From the IMG/VR virus record IMGVR_UViG_3300010167_001484, positions 1 through 64,000 of that record: a stretch of 64,000 nucleotides of DNA. One strand, given 5' to 3'. The notes under the pieces were generated by a model, which ran no database searches, was not told where the DNA came from, and worked only from the letters and a program-made list of their open reading frames with translations. This DNA is from a virus (taxonomy: Duplodnaviria > Caudoviricetes). Below, one piece after another: positions 45,048 to 55,583 of this stretch (position 1 is the first letter of the stretch; each line of letters starts with the position of its first letter). Made by a program: the position numbers and the translations under genes.

Positions 45048-45571
45048 ATGAGTAAGAGTATCAAGAACTTTAATCCGGGAGATCGTAACCAAGTAAGAAA
45101 GATTATAGAAGAATGTGACAGTTGGGATGGTTATCATGGTACAAATGTAGATGGTGATGAAGTATGGTTATTTGTACAGAAGGATCAAGGATTAGTTATC
45201 AAAACAAAACATGCTGCAAAACCGAAGTGGTGGGAATGTGTTAGTTATGATGCTGATGGTGATCCTGAAGGTGTAACATATGAACCTACAGCTGAGTTAG
45301 AAGAAACTATGGAAGATATCAAAAGAAGACGGGTGAGTTAGTACTAATGATTGATTCGGGATATAGAGGTTTGATATATGGATACATTCCTATATGTGAT
45401 GGATGTTATGATGAAGCTGAATCTGAAGAATCTTTTGAAGATGCTGTGCAAGCTATAAGAGATTATGGTTGGCAAACTATAAGAAATGAAGAAGATACAG
45501 ATTGGTTGAATTATTGTCCTGATTGCGAAATCGCATTATCTGAAGGTGATTCTATACTTCTTTTAATCTAG
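45048..45571 (+). CDS. Two small hypothetical proteins (45048-45341; 45347-45571 with CDGC/CPDC zinc motif)
   Basis: Packed ORFs. Confidence 0.6.
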
Positions 45572-45588
45572 TAAATTGATAGTTAGAG

Positions 45589-45708
45589 GTGAGTAATATA
45601 ACTAGATTCTTGATGCGAATTGTGTGGAATATACCGCTAGGTAAGTTTGCCCCTTATCTCTTAGGTATCGCTTTAAGAAGCACACCTAGGAGGATAGATA
45701 AAAGGTAA
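45589..45708 (+). CDS. 39-aa small protein not in the ORF track
   Basis: GTG..TAA frame reading ...MRIVWNIPLGKFAPYLLGIALRSTPRRIDKR. Confidence 0.45.
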   Translation: MSNITRFLMRIVWNIPLGKFAPYLLGIALRSTPRRIDKR

Positions 45709-45770
45709 TATTCTCATTTAATACACATTTAGCTCATTAAAGCGAATACATAGAGAGGAATTCTAAGAAT

Positions 45771-46103
45771 ATGGATATCGTGGTAACCATACCCAAATCA
45801 GAATATAGAAATGATGATATCGAAACTGAAGCATTTTTGAATAATGAAGATGCTTACCAATTTTGGACTTTGAATAAAGTACCCAAATCTCTAGATATAG
45901 GTGATAAAGTATATTTCATCAAGAACGGTTTAGTTGAATCTTCAATGAGAGTATTTGATATACAAAGAGATGTTGAACAGAAATGTGATATTACAGATAG
46001 GATCTGGAAAGGTGCCTGTATATTGTATTTAGATGATTTGAAATATCTTGATGAGGCAATTATATCAAAAGGATTCCAGGGATTCCGATATAGATGGTGG
46101 TAA
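45771..46103 (+). CDS. PUA/ASCH-like domain protein
   Basis: PK.L..GDKVYF...G...KGFQGFRY. Confidence 0.55.
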   Translation: MDIVVTIPKSEYRNDDIETEAFLNNEDAYQFWTLNKVPKSLDIGDKVYFIKNGLVESSMRVFDIQRDVEQKCDITDRIWKGACILYLDDLKYLDEAIISKGFQGFRYRWW

Positions 46104-46128
46104 TAGAGGTATTTTTTACAACATTTTT

Positions 46129-46158
46129 GTCATACTAATATAATATGCGGATTGAAAT
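46129..46158 (+). repeat. Solitary type I-C CRISPR-repeat-like unit 3
   Basis: GTCATACTAATATAATATGCGGATTGAAAT, intergenic. Confidence 0.55.
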
Positions 46159-46193
46159 AGCTATAGATGGTGGGAAGAGGTGTTAGCTGTATT

Positions 46194-46886
46194 ATGAATA
46201 GATTCATATTGTGTTGGAAACATTTTAAAACTATATGTAAACATAAATGGTATGTATTTTTAGAATGTAGAAAAATGGGAATCACTTGGCAAGGTATTAC
46301 ACATGATTTGAGTAAATTCTTACCTTCTGAATTTTGGTCTTCTGCTAAATATTGGACAGGTGTAGGATCACCTGTTGAGGCTGAACGCAATGCTATAGGA
46401 TACTCTTTAGCCTGGCGGTTTCATAAGGGTAGACCTCAAAATCGACATCATTGGCAGTGGTTCATAGATCCTGATGGTTGGGATGACGAAGGTAGAGTAA
46501 TATTAAATCCAGCTCCTATGCCTGAGAAATATATAAAAGAGATGGTCTGTGATATGCGAGGTGCAGCTAGAGCTTATGGTAGTGATACTGTGAAGTATTA
46601 TTTAGCTAAGCAGAAGGAGTGGGTTCTTCATCCTGATACAAAGAAACAGTTTGAATTTTTATTAGGAGTTACAGGGAGTAAATATTATATAAGTGCGTAC
46701 ACTGCAAAGGAAGCTACAGATATAGCAAAAGAACGAAATATATCTAGAGGTGGATGGGCATATATACCCTCTAATCCTTTAGAAGAATATACAAGAGAAA
46801 AGTTACTTAAAGGTTTAAAGGTTACACATCCTGATTATCTAATAGGTTATTTTACACAGGCAGAGCGAAGATATTTGTTTAAATAA
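46194..46886 (+). CDS. DUF5662 (HD-like) protein with C-terminal extension
   Basis: KHKW.V, HDLSKF.P.EF, GYS.AW..HKGR...HHWQ, MP.KY..EM.CD. Confidence 0.75.
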   Translation: MNRFILCWKHFKTICKHKWYVFLECRKMGITWQGITHDLSKFLPSEFWSSAKYWTGVGSPVEAERNAIGYSLAWRFHKGRPQNRHHWQWFIDPDGWDDEGRVILNPAPMPEKYIKEMVCDMRGAARAYGSDTVKYYLAKQKEWVLHPDTKKQFEFLLGVTGSKYYISAYTAKEATDIAKERNISRGGWAYIPSNPLEEYTREKLLKGLKVTHPDYLIGYFTQAERRYLFK

Positions 46887-46914
46887 TTTCGTTATAGTAT
46901 ATTGTCATAAGGAG

Positions 46915-47364
46915 TTGAATATGATGAAAATAACTAAAAGAAGATATCCTATATTAGGAATGGCTAATGAACTGAAAGAAATAAGGCGTCAATTAGATGG
47001 AAAATCACAAGCTGTAATTGGACATCTTGTTAAATTATGTTTATATCCAAATAATGGACTTAAGAATCATTGGCGTACAGAAGTTTGGGCAATATTACAT
47101 AGGGTTCCTAAATATACAAAAACAAATAAACCACCTAAAGCTCAATTCATATTCAATAGTACTTGGGGAATAAATCATGATACTATTGACGGAGATATAG
47201 AATTAACAATCGATGAATATGGTGAGCCTGAAATTAGTGTTGAATTTGATGCCATATATAGTAGATTGTCTGATTATTTCAGCTGGATTGCTAATGAATT
47301 ATCTGATAGAATGATAATCTTAAAGAAAGATGTTTATGCTAAATTAGATGAATTAGGTATGTGA
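46915..47364 (+). CDS. DUF29-like hypothetical protein
   Basis: HLVKL...P.....HWR.EV. Confidence 0.5.
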   Translation: MNMMKITKRRYPILGMANELKEIRRQLDGKSQAVIGHLVKLCLYPNNGLKNHWRTEVWAILHRVPKYTKTNKPPKAQFIFNSTWGINHDTIDGDIELTIDEYGEPEISVEFDAIYSRLSDYFSWIANELSDRMIILKKDVYAKLDELGM

Positions 47365-47370
47365 ATAAGG

Positions 47371-49458
47371 TTGAATATTATGAAAGAAAGAATTACATTT
47401 CCATCTATAGGTAAAGCATTATTTATTGATTTCAATAAATTCACTGATTGGTATAAATCTGACGGTGGATTTAATTGGTCATATATAGAGATTGATGGTA
47501 GAACAAACAACCATAGAATATACATCTATCCTAAACAAAGTATTATAGGCAACATGATTAGTGATGATTTATATAAACGTGATATAGATAGTAATTTCAA
47601 GAAAGATAGTCCACTAGCTTTTAGAGAGTATTTATTATTAGATAAGTTACAGACATATATCACTAGATTCGGAAGCAACTGGGATATACTATATACTGAT
47701 GATATTTTTACTATTATAAGATTTGGAGAAAATTCATTTCTTATTCTAAATCAATTTCTTAATCTACAATTATTTGAAACACATGAAAATTTAACATTAG
47801 GAGAGCTCAATAGTAAATTATACTTGAATAGTAACACTGACGATTCAAATTCACTTATAGCTAATGATTTATCTTTATCTTCCGTTAAATCTCAGAAGAA
47901 AGTTCAAACAGATGCAATAGATAATCTTCAAGATGATATTAAAGCAATTGAAAAAGAGCTTGACGATAAAATCCAAGCTTTACGTAATGAAGCACGGATT
48001 CAAAAACAGAAAATAGAACGTATGAAAACAAGTTTGCAGGTAAAGGTTGAAGAACTTCATACTCAAATTTTCATGCTCGAAACTCTTGTATATGCTGTAG
48101 AATGTAGATTAGGTGAAATTGTTGATTTTATGCAGCTCAGAGAAGGTGATGAAGCATCAATAGACACTCCACTAGTTATATTTCAGAAATTAAGATATCT
48201 TGATGAAGATTTGCCAATTTTTGCTTCAATATATAATTTTGAATTTAATGATAGTTATATATTTGAAGAATTGTTGCAGAATAGAGAAGATATTGTAGAA
48301 TATTTTTGCCCATCAGATAAATGTATATCTTTCATACGTATTTCTAAAACAGGAACAAATTTTAGTAAAGATTATGAGAATAATATCTTAAAAGAATATG
48401 ATATATTACACGGTAAAACTGTAGGGATACTTGTAAGAAATGGTGGTAATCTTTATTTTGCATGGACAGATGAGCATAGAATTTTATTACCTGATGGTAA
48501 TGTATTCTACACACCTGGAACATCCGAAGTTAATCTAGAGGATATTCCGAAGTCTAAGTATATTTTAGATAGTTTATCTGCAGAACAAGAAGCAGAGTTG
48601 TCAGAAGAGGAATATAAAGAGTATCAAGATAAGGATAAGATAACATATTATAAAGACAAATATGGTTGGGAAGGTCGAAAAGTAGCTTCTAAAGTATTTG
48701 TATTTTCTATTATACAAGGACTTCTAGATGATAAAAAACTTGTTGAAATTCCTGAAGAATTATCTCTTTTGTCTAAACCAAAATCATCTCAGTATTTGAT
48801 ATTTTCTTATGCTGATGGTACTTTAGAAGATAATAGATACGGTAATTTTTCAGATATATTAGAAAGATTGCAAGATAATCATAAATGGGGTGATACAATT
48901 TTATCAACTATATCTTTACACGATTATTCTACAAGTAATAGTTGGTCATATAGTAGATTTCAACGTTCGGTAGATGGTTCAAGTAGAACACATGATTGTG
49001 ATGTGAAAGATTGTACTATATATAGAATTAATTTAATCAAGCCTCAAGATAGACATTCTTATACAGAATATTATGTTTCACTTGAAAAACGTTGGTCTGA
49101 TTATGGAGCAAGAAGTAATTTCATGATTCAAAAAGATGAATTCATTAATTTAACCTTTCTTAATTCTGAATGGTTATATTATGCTATAATAAATAAAAAA
49201 GTAGGAAACTTTTCTATAAATGGTAAAGTTGTGAGTTATGCTCATGCTGTTAGATATCTTAAATATGCATATCAATATTTAAAAGAACGTGAAGTTTATG
49301 AACTTTCGTTAATTAAAAATTATTTACCTAATATTGAAGATGATAAAACATGGATGGTAGATTTGTCTGAATGGAAATTATTAAAGAATGTTAGAAATAT
49401 TACAGATTACCAAGCAAAGAGATTCGCGAAATTCCTAGAAGGTGGTAGAGTTTTATGA
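47371..49458 (+). CDS. Large hypothetical protein with central coiled coil
   Basis: 695-aa ORF with heptad region. Confidence 0.75.
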   Translation: MNIMKERITFPSIGKALFIDFNKFTDWYKSDGGFNWSYIEIDGRTNNHRIYIYPKQSIIGNMISDDLYKRDIDSNFKKDSPLAFREYLLLDKLQTYITRFGSNWDILYTDDIFTIIRFGENSFLILNQFLNLQLFETHENLTLGELNSKLYLNSNTDDSNSLIANDLSLSSVKSQKKVQTDAIDNLQDDIKAIEKELDDKIQALRNEARIQKQKIERMKTSLQVKVEELHTQIFMLETLVYAVECRLGEIVDFMQLREGDEASIDTPLVIFQKLRYLDEDLPIFASIYNFEFNDSYIFEELLQNREDIVEYFCPSDKCISFIRISKTGTNFSKDYENNILKEYDILHGKTVGILVRNGGNLYFAWTDEHRILLPDGNVFYTPGTSEVNLEDIPKSKYILDSLSAEQEAELSEEEYKEYQDKDKITYYKDKYGWEGRKVASKVFVFSIIQGLLDDKKLVEIPEELSLLSKPKSSQYLIFSYADGTLEDNRYGNFSDILERLQDNHKWGDTILSTISLHDYSTSNSWSYSRFQRSVDGSSRTHDCDVKDCTIYRINLIKPQDRHSYTEYYVSLEKRWSDYGARSNFMIQKDEFINLTFLNSEWLYYAIINKKVGNFSINGKVVSYAHAVRYLKYAYQYLKEREVYELSLIKNYLPNIEDDKTWMVDLSEWKLLKNVRNITDYQAKRFAKFLEGGRVL

Positions 49459-49730
49459 AGAAGTTATATTTGATATTTATTGTATTGTCATTGTTATTTT
49501 TATTAGTGTCAGGATGTCGTAATATGGGGGCAAGATCTTTTGGAGGTACAACCGAATTAGATCTTCCACCGAATACAAAACTTGTTAATATAACTTGGAA
49601 AGATGATGATCTTTGGTATCTTACTAGACCTATGAGAGATGATGAATTTCCTGAAGAATATAGATTTGATGCTTCGACAAATTTTGGAGTATTTGAAGGT
49701 ACTGTGATTGTTAGAGAATATGCTGAATAA
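49455..49730 (+). CDS. Putative lipoprotein
   Basis: Signal peptide with LVSGC lipobox; TWKDDDLWYLTRPM. Confidence 0.75.
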   Translation: MKKLYLIFIVLSLLFLLVSGCRNMGARSFGGTTELDLPPNTKLVNITWKDDDLWYLTRPMRDDEFPEEYRFDASTNFGVFEGTVIVREYAE

Positions 49731-49741
49731 GGGAGTTATAG

Positions 49742-50029
49742 ATGAATAGTAAAATAATACACATTAAGTTACCGAATGATTTCTTTGAGGGACCTGATCC
49801 CTTTGGTTGTGTTCAGGTAATACAACAACTTCAAGCTAAAGTAGAACAACATGGTGAACCTGGAGAATATTGTTGTATTGCTACACCTTTTGATATTAAG
49901 TGTTTAAATGATAAGGAAGCTATATTGACAGTATCCCATATATTAGATACATTGTTGTTAGAAGAGCATCTTAAAGATGGTTTAAAACAGATTTTAGAAA
50001 GGATATTGAAGGAGTTAGATGATGAATAG
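49742..50029 (+). CDS. Hypothetical protein
   Basis: ORF with RBS. Confidence 0.6.
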   Translation: MNSKIIHIKLPNDFFEGPDPFGCVQVIQQLQAKVEQHGEPGEYCCIATPFDIKCLNDKEAILTVSHILDTLLLEEHLKDGLKQILERILKELDDE

Positions 50030-50378
50030 TATTACTCAAATCTGTTTAACCTGTGGTGGAGGTGTGAATGGAAATTGTGTATGTGACAAAAGACGTATGG
50101 CAATATGTTTAGTAGATAATGAGCGAAATCGTCAAACGGAACTCTGGGGAGATGTATATTATGATAGTTATAGTCAAGCGATATGTACTCTGGGAGAAGA
50201 ATTTGGAGAATTGTGTGAAGCTATTAATGAAACATTATCATCTAAACCAAAAAGACCTGAGCTTGCAGGTATAGATAATATCATAAAAGAAGCTACACAG
50301 GTTGCAGCAGTTGCAGTTAAATTTATTGAGCAATTGATTATGGAACAATCTAATAAGGAAGATTCTGAAGATGTTTGA
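50019..50378 (+). CDS. MazG-like pyrophosphatase
   Basis: ER.RQ...WG...LGEEFGELCEA...E..QVAAVAV. Confidence 0.75.
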   Translation: MMNSITQICLTCGGGVNGNCVCDKRRMAICLVDNERNRQTELWGDVYYDSYSQAICTLGEEFGELCEAINETLSSKPKRPELAGIDNIIKEATQVAAVAVKFIEQLIMEQSNKEDSEDV

Positions 50379-50778
50379 AACTAATCATCCACTATTATTC
50401 TGTGGTATTATAGATAATAAGAATCAATTACCTGCAGAAAATTTAAAACCAGGTCAATATTATTATGACAAAACTTCAGAATCTATGCAAGTATATAATG
50501 GTAATACTTTTGAAGAAGTGTGTATCAAACCTATGCTAAGAAAATATGATCTTGCAACTAATAATTTTGAATTACAACTGATTGATGTGTATTTACAAGT
50601 AAGCAATGAACTTCGTGATGATAGATTTGTTTGTGCAAATTGTTTGAATATTTTTTCAAAATACGAAAAACATAATTCTATCAGATGGGCTTCTCTAGAT
50701 GATTTACCTTATATTGTATGCACAGATTGTTCAACAGCTGAAGTAGATGAAAAGAGTAGATATGCTAAGGGAAGATAA
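50371..50778 (+). CDS. Hypothetical protein with zinc motif
   Basis: CANC...CTDC. Confidence 0.6.
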   Translation: MFETNHPLLFCGIIDNKNQLPAENLKPGQYYYDKTSESMQVYNGNTFEEVCIKPMLRKYDLATNNFELQLIDVYLQVSNELRDDRFVCANCLNIFSKYEKHNSIRWASLDDLPYIVCTDCSTAEVDEKSRYAKGR

Positions 50779-50795
50779 CCTTTAATAAATATGTT

Positions 50796-51737
50796 ATGAA
50801 TATTATAAAAGCTTCTGAAATTAAATTTAGTCCTCGTAATCTATACGGGGTTAAATATTATGTTACAAAAGAAAAGGACTCAGATAGTAGTAGATATTCT
50901 GTAGTCCAAAGAGAGGAATATGGTGATTACAAATTTTACATACGTATATGGGAGAATCATCAATGGGTATATCCTAGCGGACGTAGTTGGTGGACTGCTT
51001 GTGATGGTTTTCCAACACTCAAAGCTGCTGCACATTGGTTAAGTCAGCATGATTGGAAGAATGGCACATCTAATTTCATTGAAATGGATGAATCATTCAA
51101 TGAGAATTATAAGAAAGATTTCATAGAAGCTATGGAATTATTTGGATTTCAACGTACAGATGATCCTTTCTATGATAAAGATGATTTAGTATATGATTAT
51201 TCTGAAGATAAATCAGATAACATTTTAGATGGATATATCAGAATTAGAGTTCTGTATTATGAAGAAGGGCCTCATGTTACATATTGGATCAATGGGAAAC
51301 GAGTTCAAGAATATGAATCTCCTAATATTGAACAAATTATCCAACATATAGAAAAAACACTTAAGAAGTATGGATATAGTGATTTAATCAAGGCGGGATT
51401 AGTTCCTACATATAATCGTAGTAAAATAATGGCTGCGATCAATACGAGAAATCTTGCAGAAAATCTTATAAGAGTACGTTCTTCTAATTTGTGGTCTTAT
51501 TGTATTAATATTAAAAACTACGGCGACAGAAATGGTGATGTCTTAGTTCAGTACAAAGCTACTAATGGAGGGCCTGGAGATATATATATTTATTATGCAG
51601 TGCCAGTCAAGATTTGGAGAAAGTTTGTGTCTGCTCCAAGTAAAGGACACTTTGTATGGAAATATATACGAAATGTGTACCGTTACTCCAAGTTGACGGG
51701 GGATAAACGTGGTCGCTTACCCAATGCAATAAACTAA
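50796..51737 (+). CDS. Multidomain protein with C-terminal KTSC domain
   Basis: VRSSNL..Y...Y.Y..VP..IW..F.SAPSKG.F....IRN.Y.Y. Confidence 0.75.
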   Translation: MNIIKASEIKFSPRNLYGVKYYVTKEKDSDSSRYSVVQREEYGDYKFYIRIWENHQWVYPSGRSWWTACDGFPTLKAAAHWLSQHDWKNGTSNFIEMDESFNENYKKDFIEAMELFGFQRTDDPFYDKDDLVYDYSEDKSDNILDGYIRIRVLYYEEGPHVTYWINGKRVQEYESPNIEQIIQHIEKTLKKYGYSDLIKAGLVPTYNRSKIMAAINTRNLAENLIRVRSSNLWSYCINIKNYGDRNGDVLVQYKATNGGPGDIYIYYAVPVKIWRKFVSAPSKGHFVWKYIRNVYRYSKLTGDKRGRLPNAIN

Positions 51738-51772
51738 TTTATAAATTAGTAAATATCAAGGATATAAATATT

Positions 51773-52798
51773 ATGCCTAAAATTTTAAATGAATCCGATG
51801 TAGATATATATAATATGTTTGCTTATATCTATAGAGTACATTATCCAACAGGTCATATGTATATAGGGGCAATTGCTGCGAAGAAATTTAATCCAAGATA
51901 TACAGGTTCTGGAGGTAGAAGGTTTCATGAAATTGATGATATCTATAAAGAAAGTGCTGAGATTGAGATTCTTGAAGTAATATATGAGCCGGATGGTCAT
52001 GATTTCAAGAATGAGCGTGAGAAGTATTGGATAGCATTTTATGGTGCACAGAATTCTGATGATTATTTGAATGTTAGACCTGGTGGGGAAGGAATTTGTT
52101 ATAAAGATTATATGACCGAAGAATCTATGAGACAGCGAGCTATTAATCAAGGTAATTCATTAAGACAATTTTATACAACTGCAGAAGGTAGACGTAAATT
52201 AGAAGAAAGGTCTGCTAAAATTCAAACATATTTTCAAACACCAGAAGGTATATTGTGTAAACAAATTATGTTAGAAAAGAATAAAGGTAGTAATAATCCT
52301 ATGTATGGCGTAAGTTTATCAGGTGAAAAGAATGGAATGTATGGTAAAAATCATACAGAAGAATCTAAGAAAAAGATATCAGATAATATTAAAGCACATT
52401 ATGCATCTCCAGAAGGTGTTGTAACAAAGGCGAGACTATCAGAAATAGCTAAATCTAGAAGTGTATCTGATGAACTCAGACAAAGATTATCTGATATGTA
52501 TACAGGACTTATACCTATGTATAAAGATGATGTAGAAATAAGAATATCTATTGATAATGTTGAGGAATATAAAAACTTAGGATTCCAAGAGGGTAGAAGT
52601 TCAAAAACTTTGAATAATATGTCTAAAGCTAAGAAAGGTAAAATAACTGTGAATGACGGTATTAATTATATCTATATTGATGTGTCTGAATTAACACTGT
52701 ATGAATCTAGAGGATACACTAGAGGTATACCAGAATCCGTAAGACAAGCTAGAAGAGATGGACATATTAGAAATAGAGCAGCTAAAGTTAATACATAG
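51773..52798 (+). CDS. GIY-YIG homing endonuclease with NUMOD3 motifs
   Basis: YIY.......MYIG, Y.GSG, RE.YWI, N...GGEG, NPMYG, HTEESKKKIS. Confidence 0.88.
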   Translation: MPKILNESDVDIYNMFAYIYRVHYPTGHMYIGAIAAKKFNPRYTGSGGRRFHEIDDIYKESAEIEILEVIYEPDGHDFKNEREKYWIAFYGAQNSDDYLNVRPGGEGICYKDYMTEESMRQRAINQGNSLRQFYTTAEGRRKLEERSAKIQTYFQTPEGILCKQIMLEKNKGSNNPMYGVSLSGEKNGMYGKNHTEESKKKISDNIKAHYASPEGVVTKARLSEIAKSRSVSDELRQRLSDMYTGLIPMYKDDVEIRISIDNVEEYKNLGFQEGRSSKTLNNMSKAKKGKITVNDGINYIYIDVSELTLYESRGYTRGIPESVRQARRDGHIRNRAAKVNT

Positions 52799-52811
52799 AA
52801 GGTGATGTATT

Positions 52812-53096
52812 ATGTTAACACCTTATTGGTTCAATAATATTAAATTAAATCAACCTAATTTGGGATTAACTGAGGAACAGTATAATGAAGGATTGTTAGG
52901 AACACGAAATATAGCTAAAATTCTGGATTTAACTCCTAGTACGGTTGCAAGATATTGCAGAAAGAAAATTATTAAAGCTTCTAGAAGTTTTTCGATTTCA
53001 TCTAATGGTTCGTGGCAAATCACACCTAAAGATTTACATATTATGATAAAGAAATATACTTATTTGGAGGAACAATATCGTGAAGAAGTTGATTAG
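52812..53096 (+). CDS. HTH (excisionase/MerR-like) DNA-binding protein
   Basis: IAKILDLTPSTVARYCR...IKA.......WQI. Confidence 0.7.
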   Translation: MLTPYWFNNIKLNQPNLGLTEEQYNEGLLGTRNIAKILDLTPSTVARYCRKKIIKASRSFSISSNGSWQITPKDLHIMIKKYTYLEEQYREEVD

Positions 53097-53448
53097 AAGT
53101 AATCATGTATATGAAGATGAAATAGATGATGTAAGAGATGAGTTACTTCTTGCTATCAGTAATATGCGAACTAAAACCGTTAGTGGTATATGGCACGGTA
53201 CAGAAGGGGCATCTGCAGCTGAATATGTTCAAAAACAATTAGATATGTTAGAAAATGCATATAGTAATCTTCTGGAAGGTAATACTAAAAGTAAGATATG
53301 GAGTAACGGTCTTAGATCTTATGTAGAAAATAATATAGTAAATAGTAATATATGGCGTGATGATTTGAGTTCTGAGAAACAGATGAAAAGTGCATTCGGT
53401 AAGTTAGTTAGATGTTTACGAGACACTTTGGAACCTAAGTATAAATGA
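53080..53448 (+). CDS. Hypothetical protein (MKKLIRS leader)
   Basis: GGAGG RBS, GTG start. Confidence 0.65.
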   Translation: MKKLIRSNHVYEDEIDDVRDELLLAISNMRTKTVSGIWHGTEGASAAEYVQKQLDMLENAYSNLLEGNTKSKIWSNGLRSYVENNIVNSNIWRDDLSSEKQMKSAFGKLVRCLRDTLEPKYK

Positions 53449-53663
53449 TGTTGATTGATAATAAAGGTCATTTAGTGTCTGATGAATCTGAAGATGAACT
53501 TCATAAATTTGTATTTAAATTAGGTTTGAAACGAGAGTGGTATCAGAATAAACGTCTTCCACATTACGATGTAACAACTAAACATATGCGAAATAAAGCT
53601 CAGAATATGGGAGCTATATTTGTATCATCTAAAGAAATAGTTAAAGCATTAATTTCATTATAG
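53445..53663 (+). CDS. DUF4031 family protein
   Basis: HLVSD...ELH.F...LGLKR.W.Q....HYDVT...R..A...GA. Confidence 0.75.
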   Translation: MMLIDNKGHLVSDESEDELHKFVFKLGLKREWYQNKRLPHYDVTTKHMRNKAQNMGAIFVSSKEIVKALISL

Positions 53664-54941
53664 TATACAATCGTAATAAATAGCCCGATACTTTAGTACC
53701 GGGAAAAGAAAGAATTTCAATGAGCAAAAATGAAAAAATTAAAAATTCAATAGAGATAACAAGAATGCGACGAAAGTCTCAGGATTGTAAGACGTTTCAA
53801 TTGAAGTTGGATTGGTCAAAGTTGTCGAAGATTAAACGACAGCATCTGAAGAGATTGTTCTTAGAAAAGAAATGGTTGAGAAATCATATTATTGCTAGTG
53901 ATAATGTATTTGATATGAATCATACGAAGTTGACTCAAATTCAAGTTAAAGTTAAGGATAGATTTGAATTAAGAGATTTGATCTGTCTTTCTGCTCAGAT
54001 GCGTCAATCTATTGTTTATGAAATTTGGAATGATATCAAAGCTCTTGCAGCTTCAAGAAATTCAGGAAATGTTGTAGGAAAATTGAAATTTGTTTCAAGT
54101 TGCAATATGATAGATCTACCTCAATTTAACACTACATACTATATAGATGGAAATTGTTTGAAAATTCAGAAATTTAAAGGAACGTTTAAACTTCAAGGTT
54201 TAAAACAAATTCCAGAAGGTGCTGAATTTGCGAATGCAAAATTGATTCAGAAACCATCAGGATACTATGTGTACGTGATTTGTTTCGTCAATAAAGTTGA
54301 ACATGATTTGCCGAATCAACAGATTGGATTAGATTTTGGGATCAAAGATAATATCGCAGATTCAGAGGGTAAGAAACATAATTGGGAATTTGAAGAGTCG
54401 AGACGACTCAAAAGAGCTTCAAGAAAACAAAATCGCAGATATGTGAAGAAACAAAAATTATCAAATCGTCAGAGAAAAATAATAAATTTGGAATATGAAA
54501 AAATTGCAAATAAGAAGAAAGATGCAAGAAATAAATTTGTTTCAGAATTGAAAAACAATTACAACTTAATTGCAATTCAAGATGAGAACATTGCTGAATG
54601 GAAGTCATCAAAGATGAATGGTTGGGGCAAAAGAATCCATCACACAATAATGGGAGGAATAATCAGTGACATCAAACAACTGTCACAAACTGTCGTTATT
54701 GATAAATGGGAACCTACAACAAGACTTTGTCCAAATTGTAACAGATTGAATAACCCTTCGCTAGATGAGAGAGTTTACAACTGCATTTGCGGTTACAGTT
54801 GTGATCGAGATACTCATTCAGCAAGAAATATTCTTCGCATAGCAAAACTTCAGGTTGTGGGACGCAACCTTTATCGAGAAGATGTTCCTATAGGAGCTGC
54901 TTGACACTCGAAGCTTGGTACTTCAGTACCGAGTAGTTCAC
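53664..54941 (+). mobile_element. IS200/IS605-family (IS1341-like, tnpB only) element; left boundary approximate
   Basis: Related subterminal hairpins CCCGATACTTTAGTACCGGG (53684-53703) and CTTGGTACTTCAGTACCGAG (54914-54933), ending TAGTTCAC; no tnpA. Confidence 0.8.
53720..54904 (+). CDS. tnpB: TnpB RNA-guided nuclease family protein
   Basis: IGLDFGIK (RuvC-I), IAIQDENI (RuvC-II variant), CPNC..CICG zinc finger, DRD..SARNI (RuvC-III). Confidence 0.9.
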   Translation: MSKNEKIKNSIEITRMRRKSQDCKTFQLKLDWSKLSKIKRQHLKRLFLEKKWLRNHIIASDNVFDMNHTKLTQIQVKVKDRFELRDLICLSAQMRQSIVYEIWNDIKALAASRNSGNVVGKLKFVSSCNMIDLPQFNTTYYIDGNCLKIQKFKGTFKLQGLKQIPEGAEFANAKLIQKPSGYYVYVICFVNKVEHDLPNQQIGLDFGIKDNIADSEGKKHNWEFEESRRLKRASRKQNRRYVKKQKLSNRQRKIINLEYEKIANKKKDARNKFVSELKNNYNLIAIQDENIAEWKSSKMNGWGKRIHHTIMGGIISDIKQLSQTVVIDKWEPTTRLCPNCNRLNNPSLDERVYNCICGYSCDRDTHSARNILRIAKLQVVGRNLYREDVPIGAA

Positions 54942-55105
54942 ATGAATTAATTTCAAATAATAGTCAGAATTTCTCTTTTGGAACTAAAAAGAGCTTGAAG
55001 ATTGCATAGAAGATGTTTTCACTGAATATCTAAGTGAAATAAGAGATGAGTTAGCTGTTAAACCTGAACTAATTGATTGATATATGAACAATAAGGAGAT
55101 TTCTT

Positions 55106-55567
55106 ATGAAAAAATTAATTAAATCTGATAATAACGTTCGTTCCACAAAGGGTACAACTTTCTATAGAATGACTATAGATCAAATTAAAGATGCATTCAA
55201 AGATAGTTATAATATCTGGATAAGTAAAACATTCGATGAATTAGGTCTAGATGCAATTAATTTTGATATGTTATATGGAAGTGCTCAGGATTATAACGGT
55301 CTGATGTATTATTGTGATTCTGATGGTTATGAAATTGATATAGATGGTGAAATGGTTGATCCAGAAGAGGCTCTTAATAGTTATGATCCTGAGGATGAGC
55401 TTGCTCCTTATACTAAACAAGCGACATCAGAAATAATTCTTAAAAATATAACTGTTCATGAAATACAGACACCTTCTTTTGATAAATGGGCTGAAGATTT
55501 GATGAGAGATGGTTATAGTTTCACTAGTTTAATTAAAGCGAAAGATGAATTCTGGCCAGAATCTTAA
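55106..55567 (+). CDS. Hypothetical protein (MKKLIKS leader)
   Basis: AAGGAG RBS. Confidence 0.7.
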   Translation: MKKLIKSDNNVRSTKGTTFYRMTIDQIKDAFKDSYNIWISKTFDELGLDAINFDMLYGSAQDYNGLMYYCDSDGYEIDIDGEMVDPEEALNSYDPEDELAPYTKQATSEIILKNITVHEIQTPSFDKWAEDLMRDGYSFTSLIKAKDEFWPES

Positions 55568-55583
55568 TAAGGAGAGATTTAAA

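Noticed and set aside
45585-45750. Structured ncRNA in an apparent intergenic gap
   Set aside because: Better explained by a 39-codon ORF (45589-45708) below the ORF-track cutoff
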